DNA of 64,000 nt from Trichinella spiralis (lineage: Eukaryota). Below the pieces are notes generated by a model. It made no database searches and was not told where the DNA came from. It was given only the letters and a program-made list of their open reading frames with translations. A program made the translations under genes and the position numbers. Where the stretch lies: NCBI RefSeq assembly GCF_000181795.1, contig NW_003526943.1, forward strand, positions 9,532,849-9,596,848, written 5' to 3'. Shown one piece after another: positions 42,518 to 54,200 of this stretch. Position 1 is the first letter of the stretch. Each line of letters begins with the position of its first letter.

Positions 42518-43032
42518 CCATAAACGAACGTAATTTAAACTGCAAGATGTGAAATGTGTAAAAATTAAGTAAAGTTTTTTCGTTTTTGACGAATAGTCGT
42601 TTTTACAACTTTTCGATACATAAATAGAAACAGATGGCAGTTCATTAACAATTATTAATTTCTTGCATTCCATTAATTTATCGCTACAAGATATAATGTA
42701 GGAATGAAGTCTGTTCAGTGAAGTAAATCAACATGTATAATTTCTTATATAAAAAGAATAAAGGATTTAAATGTGCATATAAAATACAGAAATCATGCAA
42801 TACAAATTCGCTGGGTATCTGATATGCGAAGACCGGTAAATCTAAAAACGACTATATTATATTAAATTACAAATGCACTAAATAATAAATGCAAATGATT
42901 TAATTCATCAAAAAATGTTCACAATTTTGTAAAATACAATTTTGGAAACAATTAACAAACAAGATACATTTTAAAAAACAGCAGATTTCTATGATAATAT
43001 ATAAAAATACATAGAATAAAATTTGTTATATA

Positions 43033-44657
43033 TGTAGCGGTCTTCTGCTCTTTCATGTTACCATCATCAGAACGACTCCTAATGAAGAGTTTGTTGCTGA
43101 ACAAACAACGGCACACCAACACTGGTCAAAAATTATCTTTGTGTGTCTTTCCGTTGATATCCGCTTTCGTGTCCGGTGTGGAGTATGCTTCTGGCCATTT
43201 TGAAAATTAGTCTTCGATCGTCAAGATGCGCCTTTTTCCCTGTTCTGTCTGTTAGAATGGCTCTACGATGTCGATTTCCATTCGACTTATAGGATACGGG
43301 TATATCTGCGGTTGTAGTTGTCCTCTGTGACGCCTGCTTCAGCTCTCTCAACGACTACATTCTTGGCATTTCCTACACCAATCAGCTACACCTTCGCATA
43401 ATTCAGTGTGGCAAAATCTCTGAAGTACTTTTCACAGAGTTTTCTTTTTTCCCAAATCGTCTATACTTTCAAGGCTGCTGTGTAGACCATGAAGAATTTC
43501 TTGTCGCAATATTTGTGGCACCACAAATTGATATCATGTCTTTCCGTGATGGTTGCTGTTTCCGAAGTAGCAGGCGGAATTTTTACCATCATTTTCTGTG
43601 ACATTTCTGTGAGAACAGACTTTGTAGGATCTTGCTACTGTCAGGCGGGCACCTGGTTAGAAATGCCAATGCTTCGTTTCGTTCCGCTTCGGCTTGGGAT
43701 AGTGTTGAGGTAGTGCTTCTTTTACTTCGGCTACCTCCACCGCTAGAGCAGAAGCTGCACGTTCTTAAGCAGCGGCTTCTGTTGACCTACTTTTGGCTAG
43801 GCCATCGCTAATAAGTCTTCAGCCAGTGCAAATGCTGCTTCACTTATCGCTAATTTCGTTCTGTCCAGCACCATTTCCTCCTACCGGGCTGATTTTGTCA
43901 TCTCGGCTAACGGCTTTTCTTCCACTCGAACTAAGCAACTCTCATATTCTGTTATCGAATACGCCACATATGAGTTGGTCTTTGGCCATCTGCATTTGGA
44001 CTACTTCGCCTACTGTAGGAAATGTTTGTTTTGACAATGATACAAGTCGACCACCGTATGACTCGTCGATTTTTTCAATTCTTTGTGTCGCACGTGAAAG
44101 TTCCATGCGTCTTTGTTAGTGGTTAATCTGAACGCGTAGTTGGCTTAACAGACGGTATTTAAGGACGCTGTGAACGCTGTAATTCATTTTTAACAAACGT
44201 CGTGCGGGCTAATGTAAAACCACGCTTGCATACGGGCGACCCATCTAACAAGTGGCGTTATCCTTCTCTGTCAGCATGGACAGGGGTGGTAACCACCGAG
44301 TGGTTCCCTGTTGGATCCCACGGATGTCATCAAATTGACGTATAAAAATATACCGTCATCAGAACGACTCATAATGGAGAGAGGAAACGTTTGTTGCTCA
44401 ACGAACAACGGCACACCGACACCGATCAAAACAATACGCACACTAAATCTTGCTCACACACCGAGACTTCATCACTTCCGCCTTCTCTGTTCGATATCGT
44501 TCTAGCCAATCAGAATTCAGCTGAGTTTCTCCTTTGTTGATAGGTGGCGCTTCAGCTTGAACTCTGTAATAATTTAATCGTAATAATAATTATTAGTGTT
44601 GTGAGCTATTTTCGTGTTTTTTTTCGTTAATTTCCGCTTTATTTGTCACCAGTTACA
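43033..44657 (-). mobile_element. Internally deleted Gypsy-type LTR element: 5' LTR ~44657-44340, PBS ~44332-44315, gag/pol remnants, partial 3' LTR ~43140-43033
   Basis: 43056-43130 (accatcatcagaacgactcc...acaacggcacacc) is a diverged direct copy of 44351-44430. The minus strand ends ...gctaCA at 43033. Same PBS and gag remnant as the left copy. Confidence 0.65.
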
Positions 44658-44925
44658 CACATATACGCTATACTGAAGATTATTTGCATAGTAAAAAATG
44701 AAGTATTCATCCAGCTCGAAAGTCAGCTAAGAAAAGATAATTAGAAATGAACCACTTAGTCTTCATGCATATTGGCCTTCATTGAAATTTGAATAGAGCA
44801 TCAGCTGGATGTGGGAAATGAAATTAAAAATAGTAATAAATTTTACGATAAGTCCATATATTTACATGAAATACAAAAACGTGGTGTGGTTAATACAAAA
44901 GTGTTGAAATGGTGGTGATTGCAGC
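43563..44925 (-). repeat. Right arm of the ~1.4 kb inverted repeat (partner 33267-34683)
   Basis: Reverse complement of 33267-34683, near-identical centrally and more diverged at both ends. Confidence 0.95.
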
Positions 44926-44996
44926 TTTCGCCCTATTATTATTATTTTTAACTGGTTTTTAAACTTTATAAAATGTTTTGGAAAGTAACAGTCAAA

Positions 44997-45068
44997 GCGT
45001 GGATGGTGTAGCGGTTAGCATGGTTGCCTTCCAAGCAATCGATCCGGGTTCGACTCCCGGTCCACGCA
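44997..45068 (+). tRNA. tRNA-Gly(TCC)
   Basis: Acceptor stem gcgtgga/tccacgc(a), D-arm with tagcggtta, anticodon arm gttgc-ct-TCC-aa-gcaat, T-arm ccggg-ttcgact-cccgg, followed by a T-run terminator. Confidence 0.97.
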
Positions 45069-45519
45069 GTTGTTTTTCCTTTATTAGTATTCGTTAGCAT
45101 ATAAGTTTTATATAATTAAATCAAAATTACATTAATTTATTATATTACACTGTACAATTGCCAGCTCTTTCAATAAGCAATAACAAATATGTGATTTGTT
45201 TGAAATGATCTCAGTAATTTTATTAATAAAAATCAAGTTTACATATCAGCAGTTGTGGTAAAAATTCACCGTCAGAAGTTACAAAAGTTCAGAGTTATGA
45301 TAGTCTCGCATGGATTTTTTATTGCATATTTGTTTTAAATGTATACTGCACATAATTTACAAAATCTTGTTCATATAATTTCTTCGCTTAAAATTTTATT
45401 TAAAAAAAGGTCATTTTTTCGATGAATTCCACCTAATAAGAAGTCTAATATTTTGCTGAAGTGTCATGACGTAGTTATGTGTGGTATACATTGATCTCAT
45501 GATGTACCAGCATATCATT

Positions 45520-45690
45520 AGTATTGGAGGAGAATGGCCCATGGGTGTGGACTGCGGTAATCCCGGCAAGGCACCCGTGAGGGCTGTTAATGGAAAGCTA
45601 ACGGAACTGAAGTTCCCGCAGTTTTCAGTGGAAGTGTTGGAATTTCCCACCTTCTGGGTCCAGTCCCATTACGGGAATAATAAATAACAC
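45520..45690 (+). mobile_element. BEL/Pao retrotransposon gag (DUF1759-like) fragment
   Basis: GC-rich island translating to GKLTELKFPQFSVEVLEFPTFWVQ, matching the Pao gag motif KLP.L.LP.FSG...EF..FW.QF. Confidence 0.65.
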
Positions 45691-46029
45691 AGCGCAAGCC
45701 TAGCCACACCACAACATGGCATTATGTACTTATTGCACGATTACCTTTATTTTATATCCTAAGAAAAATAAAAAATGTTTTTGGCAAAATTATAAGATCT
45801 CCAGTTGCTAATGTTGCTTCAATCTTCATTAGCACTGGAAAGTAACTTTGTGCTATTTACTGTCGTTGTTGCTTGCTGCTGTTTTACTTATTAGTTAAAC
45901 GATATCCAGATGCTTATTATATTTATAAAATCTATAATTATTATAAGCAGGAAATCAATGTTCATAGCAATGCCATTCGTATAAATATGACATTTTCTTT
46001 AGCAATTCAAAAGTATAAAAAACTGAATT

Positions 46030-46473
46030 TTAAAACTGAGGAAGCTTAATGCGAATAAATGTTGTGCAGGCAATGTATGAAATCAAAATGCAGCCAATTC
46101 CAAAAAATAACAACATTGAACGGTTACTCTTTGTTACTGAAGGAAGATTAGCACGATGAACAACAACAAATCCTATTCCACCTAAAACAAACATAAAGCT
46201 TGCTGCTAAGCCTTCCATAATATACTGGCCATTGACACGATGCGGAAGAAAAGCAACAGGTCTCGAATGTCCTTTCGAATCAACAGTACTGCCAATGCTT
46301 GGAGGTTCAATAATTATATCATATATCACACCTCCCGTAACAAAAAAATAAGACAACAGGACTAAAGCATAAACTACCATGGCAGAAGGCATTTGAACCC
46401 AGCGCGGTAATTTCAACCGCAAATTTGGACACTGCAAAAATGAAAAATACAAAACGTCCACCAGCGTTTCCAT
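46030..46473 (-). CDS. OSTC: Oligosaccharyltransferase complex subunit OSTC/DC2, intronless CDS
   Basis: 147-aa ORF with LQCPNLRLKLP, SYFFVTGGVIYDIIIEPPSIGST, RPVAFLPHRVNGQYIMEGLAASFMFVLGGIG and three TM segments. Confidence 0.95.
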   Translation of the reverse strand: METLVDVLYFSFLQCPNLRLKLPRWVQMPSAMVVYALVLLSYFFVTGGVIYDIIIEPPSIGSTVDSKGHSRPVAFLPHRVNGQYIMEGLAASFMFVLGGIGFVVVHRANLPSVTKSNRSMLLFFGIGCILISYIACTTFIRIKLPQF

Positions 46474-46647
46474 TACAATTGATAGCTATTTCGTTAATCT
46501 GCAAACAGCTATTCTGTTGAAAATAAAAAATGCATATGCAAAACTGTGAAATATAACCGACTGAAACAACAGCGACAATCAAACACTGTACAAAGTTATC
46601 TATTTATTTCATATTTTAATATAACCGCTTCAGCGTTTAGAATTTTA

Positions 46648-47636
46648 TCAGAACGGCTTTCCTCGACCGAAACCACCACGCATTTCCATTCCACCAGCTC
46701 CTATGCCAGCTTCAGCAGTTTTATCAATTCCTATAAATAAAAATACATACATATCATATAATACATCTTATCGAAGTACAATGAAATATAGAAAGTTATA
46801 TGCAAAGTATTATATACTTAAGATTGTGCATATATTATTTGCACATAGATAAATGAACTTAGATACAGTTTAAACATGTTCATAAACACTTTTTTAATAT
46901 ACATAAATTCATTGAAAACTTATTTAAATAATTCAAAAACTATTATGCGACTAAATAAATGATCAAGCAATAAATGAATAATAAAAATGTTAGCAGCTGC
47001 AAAAATAATGCAATCAAAGCGCACCAAAAAAGAAAACAAAATGTATAAAATTTAAAAATAATAAATATACATACATATATGAAAGCCAATCTATTTTTAA
47101 TATAACATTACAGTATGAAGATTGTGCTAAATGCATTCGTTATTATGCTGTCGCAAACTTAGCATTCAATAATTTTACGAGTTTTAAGAAGCATTAAAAT
47201 ATAAGCTTTACCTTTTCGATACATGTCACGACTATCGCCATCTCCCATTTTTCCGGGTGGCCCCCCAAAACCACGTTCTACGGGGCCACGAGCATCAGGT
47301 TTTTGCGGTCGTCTTACAGTTGCTGGCACTATTTCGGCCGGTAAATTCAGAAAAGTTCGAAGATAACTTATACCTTCGTTAGTAAGCGTCCAATAATAAT
47401 GACGCCAAGCAAACTGCTCTTTCACGTAGTTACGACTTAGCAGCGACTTAATAAAAAAAATGTCACGAAAGAATAAATTACGCTAAATAAACTACCTGCA
47501 TGGATTTGATAACATACAAATTAGGAACACCAATAACGGGATGCTTCATCAGATAAAAGTCTTTTCGAGCAACGCATACTCCTTCCTTGAAAAGGTATTC
47601 ATATATTGCCAGACGGTCTTTTTTTGGAATTAGCAT
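46648..47636 (-). CDS. rps-10: 40S ribosomal protein S10 (eS10), 3 coding exons
   Basis: [27 protein letters not shown]...[55 protein letters not shown]...|[26 protein letters not shown]. Confidence 0.96.
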
Positions 47637-49591
47637 TTCACTTGATTATAGACCAAACAATTCAGAAATACGGTAATGAACAAAAGAGAAAATAACAACT
47701 GGGTAAAGTAACCTGTAAGTAAGTAAATGAAAAGCAAGTAAAAATATGAAATGAACCCAATTTTATAAGTAATATTTTACTCAAAAAATTATATTTTCAA
47801 ATTTCATTAATTTTAAATACATATTTAAAAAAATATAAATTAATTAATTTTTTGTTTTATCAAAAAACATTTTAATTGTACCCGGGTGTGTAACAAAAAT
47901 ATTTGTCAAAAATATATATAATTTTTAATGCATTTGTTCCAGAATAATCTAAAACTTGGATTAAAAGATTTATTTCATTATTTTTTTGTATTAGTTTTCG
48001 ATTTTTAAATTTGATTTAAATTTTTATTGCTAAAAAATAAATATTTTAAAAATTATTTTAAAGTTAATAAAACACAAGTAACTATGTATGAAAATGTATT
48101 GGTATTTCATAAATGTCATGATTTTTTGCAGAAAATTTATTAAATTTCGATCAAATTAAAAAATTTAATAAATTATTGTGCTTGCTTTAAACCGATAAAA
48201 ATTAAAATTGAAATTAATTTACTCCAGTTTTTTAAATTAAAATTTATTTGTTCCATATCTTTTATTACAAAATTCTTAATTTGCTTCTCTATGTCAACAA
48301 TAGTTTTGACGTGGTTTACCGTATGTACATGAAGAGTAAGGTCAAATTAATGTTATTAAATATTAAGGGCATATTTTGCGAGCGGGCAACATTTTATCGC
48401 CGATAAATGAATATCAACTTCAGCTTTCTTTATTAGCTGAGAAAAGTATACATGCAGTGTAGTCTGAAGACACTCATTTTGAGAGACTAAACGAAGCCCA
48501 ATTGGTTGGTCCATCTTTTAATGAGTTCGTACCTAATTCTTTATTGTTTGGCTAATGATCGATTGGGGGTAGTCCACTTAATGGATTTTTCTGTGTGCAC
48601 TTTATAACTGTTGCCACTAATTTTTGTCGTATTTCAAAATGATTCGATTCAGTATGAAAACATAAGTAAATTTTAACAGATATTTCGCTCAATAAAGAAT
48701 AGTAAAACAACGCAACAGAATCTGTTTGTTGTATGCATATGCTTTTTGTGTGTAAACGTTTAAATTAGCTAATTCATGCTTGACTGAACTCAACACAACT
48801 GAAATCATATTCTCTCTGCAACATTTTGTATTAATTGGATATCTACAGTATACACTACACTAAATCTACAAACAATCAAGCAACATTTTCAAAAACATAA
48901 TGCAATACGTGTGAATGTAGGTGTCTGTTGTCTTTGATGCCTAATACGGATGATATAAATGAAGTTGGCATTTGTTTGCTTAACTATGGTGTGAAGTCGG
49001 TACAGCACAAGCAGCGTGCTCAAAAATAATAAAAGATTTTGCAATTCGAATTCAACTTTCACAGGATCTGCAGTTTTATCCTACTGATATAAATATTGCA
49101 TAGAAGACATCCCATTTTGTGTGAAAAAGCGAAATACCGCTTCACATTGTGAAACTAAACAAACTAAAAAATTCCATTTTCTCAGAGAATTCCTCCTCTA
49201 ACTTCCTAAGATAATCACAGTGAGCACGTTTATATTACGCTGCATAGATTCTTCTATTTTTCTCAGTCAATTGGAAAGCACTATATTTTTCATTTATTAG
49301 CAAGAAGTGCTGCATGCTTGCACAGAATTCTGGAAATGTATTAACATAAAATAAAACTTTTGTATTAAGTAATGGTGACTCTGTTCAAAGATTTCATTTA
49401 TTTTTATTATAATTTGCCCATTTCTTTATTTGATTTCATATGTAATTTACGTTGAAATAAGTCTACTCTTAAAATTATTCATCATTACATATTTCCGAAT
49501 GATTTAAAGTAGTATTAAGCAATTTTGTTTATGCAATATTTAAACATTACTAAAGACCAACTTCTTTTTATACTGTAAGTACAGTATCGCT

Positions 49592-50506
49592 ATGTTTTCT
49601 TGCAAAGTGTTGTCGCTTAATCGTCATTTTTCTCGCAGTATATTATCGAAGTATTTGGTTTTGTAATATGTTACAGATGTTAATTATCAAATTTATGAAA
49701 ATTTTATTTTATGTATTTTTAATGTGTAGATTTTGTAATTCAAGTATGTCTTCATTGAAAGATAAATTTGAAGAACATAAAATTATTCCTGATGTTGTGG
49801 ATCAGGCCCCTACTCAACATTTGCAGGTGCTTTGTTTATTTTTTTGGTCAACTTAATTTGACTTTGAATTTTTATGAGATAGGTTAAATATAAATCCGGT
49901 GTCCAAGCAGATTTGGGAAATGTATTGACACCTACACAAGTGAAGGAACCTCCATCTTTAAATTGGGTAGCGACACCCGGTGCATTATACACAATGGTTA
50001 TGACAGGTATGATTAGAACTTTTTAAATATATGTCCGTGTGCATTTTATGACTGTTGCCAGTTTGCTATTTAATTATTACTGTTAGATCCTGATGCGCCG
50101 AGTCGACAAAATCCGAAATTTCGTGAATGGCATCATTGGCTTGTAGCCAATATTCCAGGATGTGAGATCAACAAGGGCGAAGTACTATCTGACTATATTG
50201 GATCTGGCCCACCTCAAGGTACTGGACTGCATCGCTACGTGTTTCTTGTTTATCAACAGAAATCCCATCTCACTGACAAAGAGCATGGACATTTAACTAA
50301 TCGTTCTGGCAACAACAGAGGAGGGTTCAGTATTCGCAAGTTTGCTGCAAAGCATGATCTAGGCGCTCCGATAGCAGGAAACTTTTATCAAGTTTGAATT
50401 TTTGTTTATTTATATATTATTCATTGCATCATGTAATTATGATCTTTAATTTTAGGCAGAATGGGACGATTACGTTCCGAAATTGTACGAACAATTAAGT
50501 GGTTAA
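49592..50506 (+). CDS. Phosphatidylethanolamine-binding protein (PEBP/RKIP/Ov16 family); an alternative downstream start is at 49746
   Basis: [76 protein letters not shown] and [19 protein letters not shown]. Confidence 0.94.
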
Positions 50507-51226
50507 TCTTTCGTTCATTTCGATGCATAGAGTTATCTATACGTGAATATTTGTCGTAGATGATGCGATAATTTTATTTCAGAGCCGTTAAAAGTAGTTT
50601 AAGGTGATTTGGGTGAAATTATGCGAACAAATAAAATCTTGCAATTTTCGAGTTTTTCTTACGGCCGTCAATAAAAATAAAGTGTGACTTGAAAATATAT
50701 ATTCAACAGATGAGAATGGAGTTTAAACAAATAAATAATCAACTTTTTGATGGACAGTGGTGGGAAACTGTTTTGTAATGCAATGGAAAAGTTAAGTCAG
50801 TTTTTTGTTTTACTAAAACTGAAAGTACAATTCAAATAATATGAATTAGCATTTGCTGATTTGGAACTATTAAAAATAACCGAAAAGAATATGTATTGGT
50901 TGATGATGGAAATTAGGTTTTGCATTCTAAATGAATAAATCGTTCCTGAAATAAAAATACATTTTATTTTAAAAAATCAAATAATTTTTGAAGAATCGTT
51001 AAATTCTGTTTCACAACTTAAAATTACTTACTGTATTAAAATTGTTTACTGTATTTTCAGTAAGTTTTAAGGAAAGTAAAATTTGTGAATTTGTTTACAA
51101 AGTTGCCTGAACCATTATAATTATGCTCAGTAAAAATGTTCATTATTTGATACTGGTAAAGTGGTATTCGTGATTTTTCAATTACTGCATTTGGTTGTTT
51201 GAAAATTTTTGACACGTATTTTCACA

Positions 51227-54200
51227 ATGTGGACTAAAGTAAATGAAGATGAGAAGATAGTTGTTGGTATGCATTTTAGTGACTGCATTGTGTAATCATT
51301 TGGTATATTAAATTTATTTTAGCTAAGCATAATTTTCGGCCAAATGTTGTTGGTAATTATTTGCCACTTTTGATTGGCGATGTGGTTCGAGTTCTGCAGT
51401 TTTCAGGGGGTAAGCATTTGCTTTAGTATATCAACGAAAAGTTTTGTTCAGTATTGTAATGTCATAAAATCACATCTGTGCGAGAAGCTAAGATATTTTC
51501 TCTCAACTACAGTTAATGATTATCTTCTATATTTTAAATGAATAAATTAATATATACAATAAGACAATATTCATATGCCACATGGTTTTATTGCTCTTTA
51601 AATAATTTATGAGTTTGTTTAATAATATCCGAAACTAGGTTTATGAAAAGAAGCTTTAATTAAAGCTTATTAAATTGGATGCGAATTTACTTAGAAATTG
51701 ATAATTGATAACTCTAAAATTTATTAACGTTTGCCTTGCAGTTTGGCATAAGTTACGTTGTTAAAATGAAGCGAGCATCTTAATGATTTTAATCATTCGA
51801 GTAACTTATTCGGCATCTTGAATTTTTATCAAATGAATAATTCCCGCGATACATATTTTGTGATAATTAATTAATGACATTTTGATTTATATGTTACTTT
51901 GCATACTTTTTACGTTATTGTAAACGGAATTCTGCAGTTTTTCAATGTAAGTTTGAAGTGTAGGCTTTTAATTTGCAAAAAAATAGAGTAAGATTTATAT
52001 TGTAATCGTCAAGTTAAAATGATAATAGAATGATCCTAATGTGAGTGAATGATTAGTGAAATAAGATGCTTTGTATTCGGTTGGGTTTGTTTATTTCTTT
52101 AAAAATTATTAAATATCGTCAATTGAAAAATTCTTCATTGCGTAAAATGAACTGCTTTGAATATAAGCTATACTGTAATTATTTGACGTTTAAGTTGCAT
52201 TTTTTTTGAATTTCTGGTGATTCATTGAATGAGACGTGTTTGTGTAAATGTTTGAAATAGGAAGATGTGTTGGAATTTTTAAATTTTTATTTAAATGTCG
52301 AAATGAAATTGACAGAAAAGTTTAATTATTTATCCAGGTGAACGAGAACAATGACGACATTGTTAAGGGAAAATTAATTTTAACATTGTTGCTTTTTTCT
52401 TTATTTATTTTTGAAAATTTGAAATAAATAATTTATTACTTGATAAATTTTGGTTATTTGAGTTAATGATTTGCGATTTGTTGCGTTGATTTTGGAATTG
52501 AAGACAAAGCTTAGGAATTGGATGCGTGTTTGCTATTTTCAGAATGGTATTACGGATGCTTGGATGATGATATGACAAAAGCTGGGGTTTTCCCTATTTC
52601 TTTTGTAGAAGAAAAGCATGCAAATTTTGAAAATAAGTGAGAAGATATTTTTTTAAATAAAAGTTATACAAATTCAAATTTTCTTCAGAAATAATAAATC
52701 TTTTTTAGTGAATTAGGCTCAATTGCCCAAACTGCCGTTTACAGTGTGCTGACTGTATTGAAAGAGTGGAAAAAAATGTGCCGTGAAAGTTTTGAAGTTT
52801 GTCATGATGATTTTGTTTGCACGCTTTTCGCCGTGATTGCTTGCTTCTTCTGTTCATTTTAGCGAAGAGGTTCCATTGACATTGAAAAAATTTTTCCAAT
52901 GATGAAAGACATCATCAATTGGAGATCTCAGATTGTTTCAAAGAAATTGTCACTGGTGAGAATTTTCTTCTATAGCCATTATTTTTTTGCATTTTCTTTT
53001 TTTAGGAAGAAGTTAAAAAGCTGAATTATAAAATTGCATTGAAAATTGACTTGGGAAACAAGTACAGTAGAACATTTGTATTTTTCTCAGAGGTGCAGGG
53101 TTTGTTGTAATTTTGCATTTTAGAATGCTTGGTGCTGATGTGATTGTTCGTGATATTCATGGTAATGAGTTGCAAACTGAAAATTGCAGCGTTGCAGAAT
53201 TGCACAAGCATCATCTAGAAACTGCAGAAAGAATTGCCACTGAAATTGTGAGTCTTTTTCATTGTTACGGTAAAAATGAATGAAATAATAAAAAGCCATT
53301 TTCCATTTTAATGTGATGTAAACTTTGTTTTATCGAAATAATTTAAAGAATTGATGCAATTTTTCCTTTGTTGCTTGCACATATTGTTAGCTATTCGAAT
53401 AATAGCAGCAGAATGTCAGTCAACTGATTTATTTTTGCTTTCCAACCAGCGTATTCCTTTGCTTACCAATCAATTGATAGAAGTTTCAAATTTTTTTTTA
53501 TTTTTTAATAAATAAAATGAAAATGTTTTCTTTTCAGGAACAGAGCAGTTGGAATACTTTAAGTCATTTGCAGGTAGCAATTTGCAATCAAACAAATTTG
53601 TTTGTATTATTTCAAAGAGGTCCATAAAAGGCATAATATTTAAATACTACCACAATGTGCATTGTTAAGTTTTGACTTTGGCGGTTTAATTTTTTCCAAC
53701 GGCAATGAAAAAGGAAAGATTGTGTGTGAATTTTGGTTTCAGCAAACAAATTTAGTGTAAATTAATGAATATTTATTAAACTGAGCAAAGTAAATATTAG
53801 AAGAAGAATAGCTAGCTACGGGATGGTAAATTGTTGAGCAGTCAGTAAAATTGTTATTTTCTCATAAGAAAAAGAAATCATGTTCTGCAATGTTGTAGAG
53901 GCACTCTTCTCGAGCGGAAAAATTTATGCAAACGAAGCGTAGCCAGTCGAATTGGAATTTGCTGTTGACGTTTGTCGAATTCCATCATCCATATATGAAC
54001 AACGGGGAATTGTCTTTCATGCTGTTCGACGGTCGCCTATGGCACGGGATATCGTACGCACGTGATTGATGCACGACGACCGATAGTTGCGGTCACGTGA
54101 TTGCTTTTCACATTTGCATATACTGGTCGAATTTCAGGGAACCGGCAGTGGTCGTTGTCCAGCAGAACAATTCGACAAGGTTCGGCGTCGATCCGGCTCC

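Noticed and set aside
45410..45720. GC-rich island with several possible stems (ggtgtgg/ccacacc, ggaac/gttcc), considered as RNase P/MRP, SRP, telomerase RNA or an HDV-like ribozyme
   Set aside because: No canonical CR-I/CR-V, SRP helix 8, full template or HDV P2 could be built. The plus-strand translation matches a BEL/Pao gag motif, which explains the composition more simply.
48461..48500. ctgaaga...hairpin...cgaag as a hammerhead ribozyme core
   Set aside because: There is no GAAA directly after stem II and no stem I/III partners.
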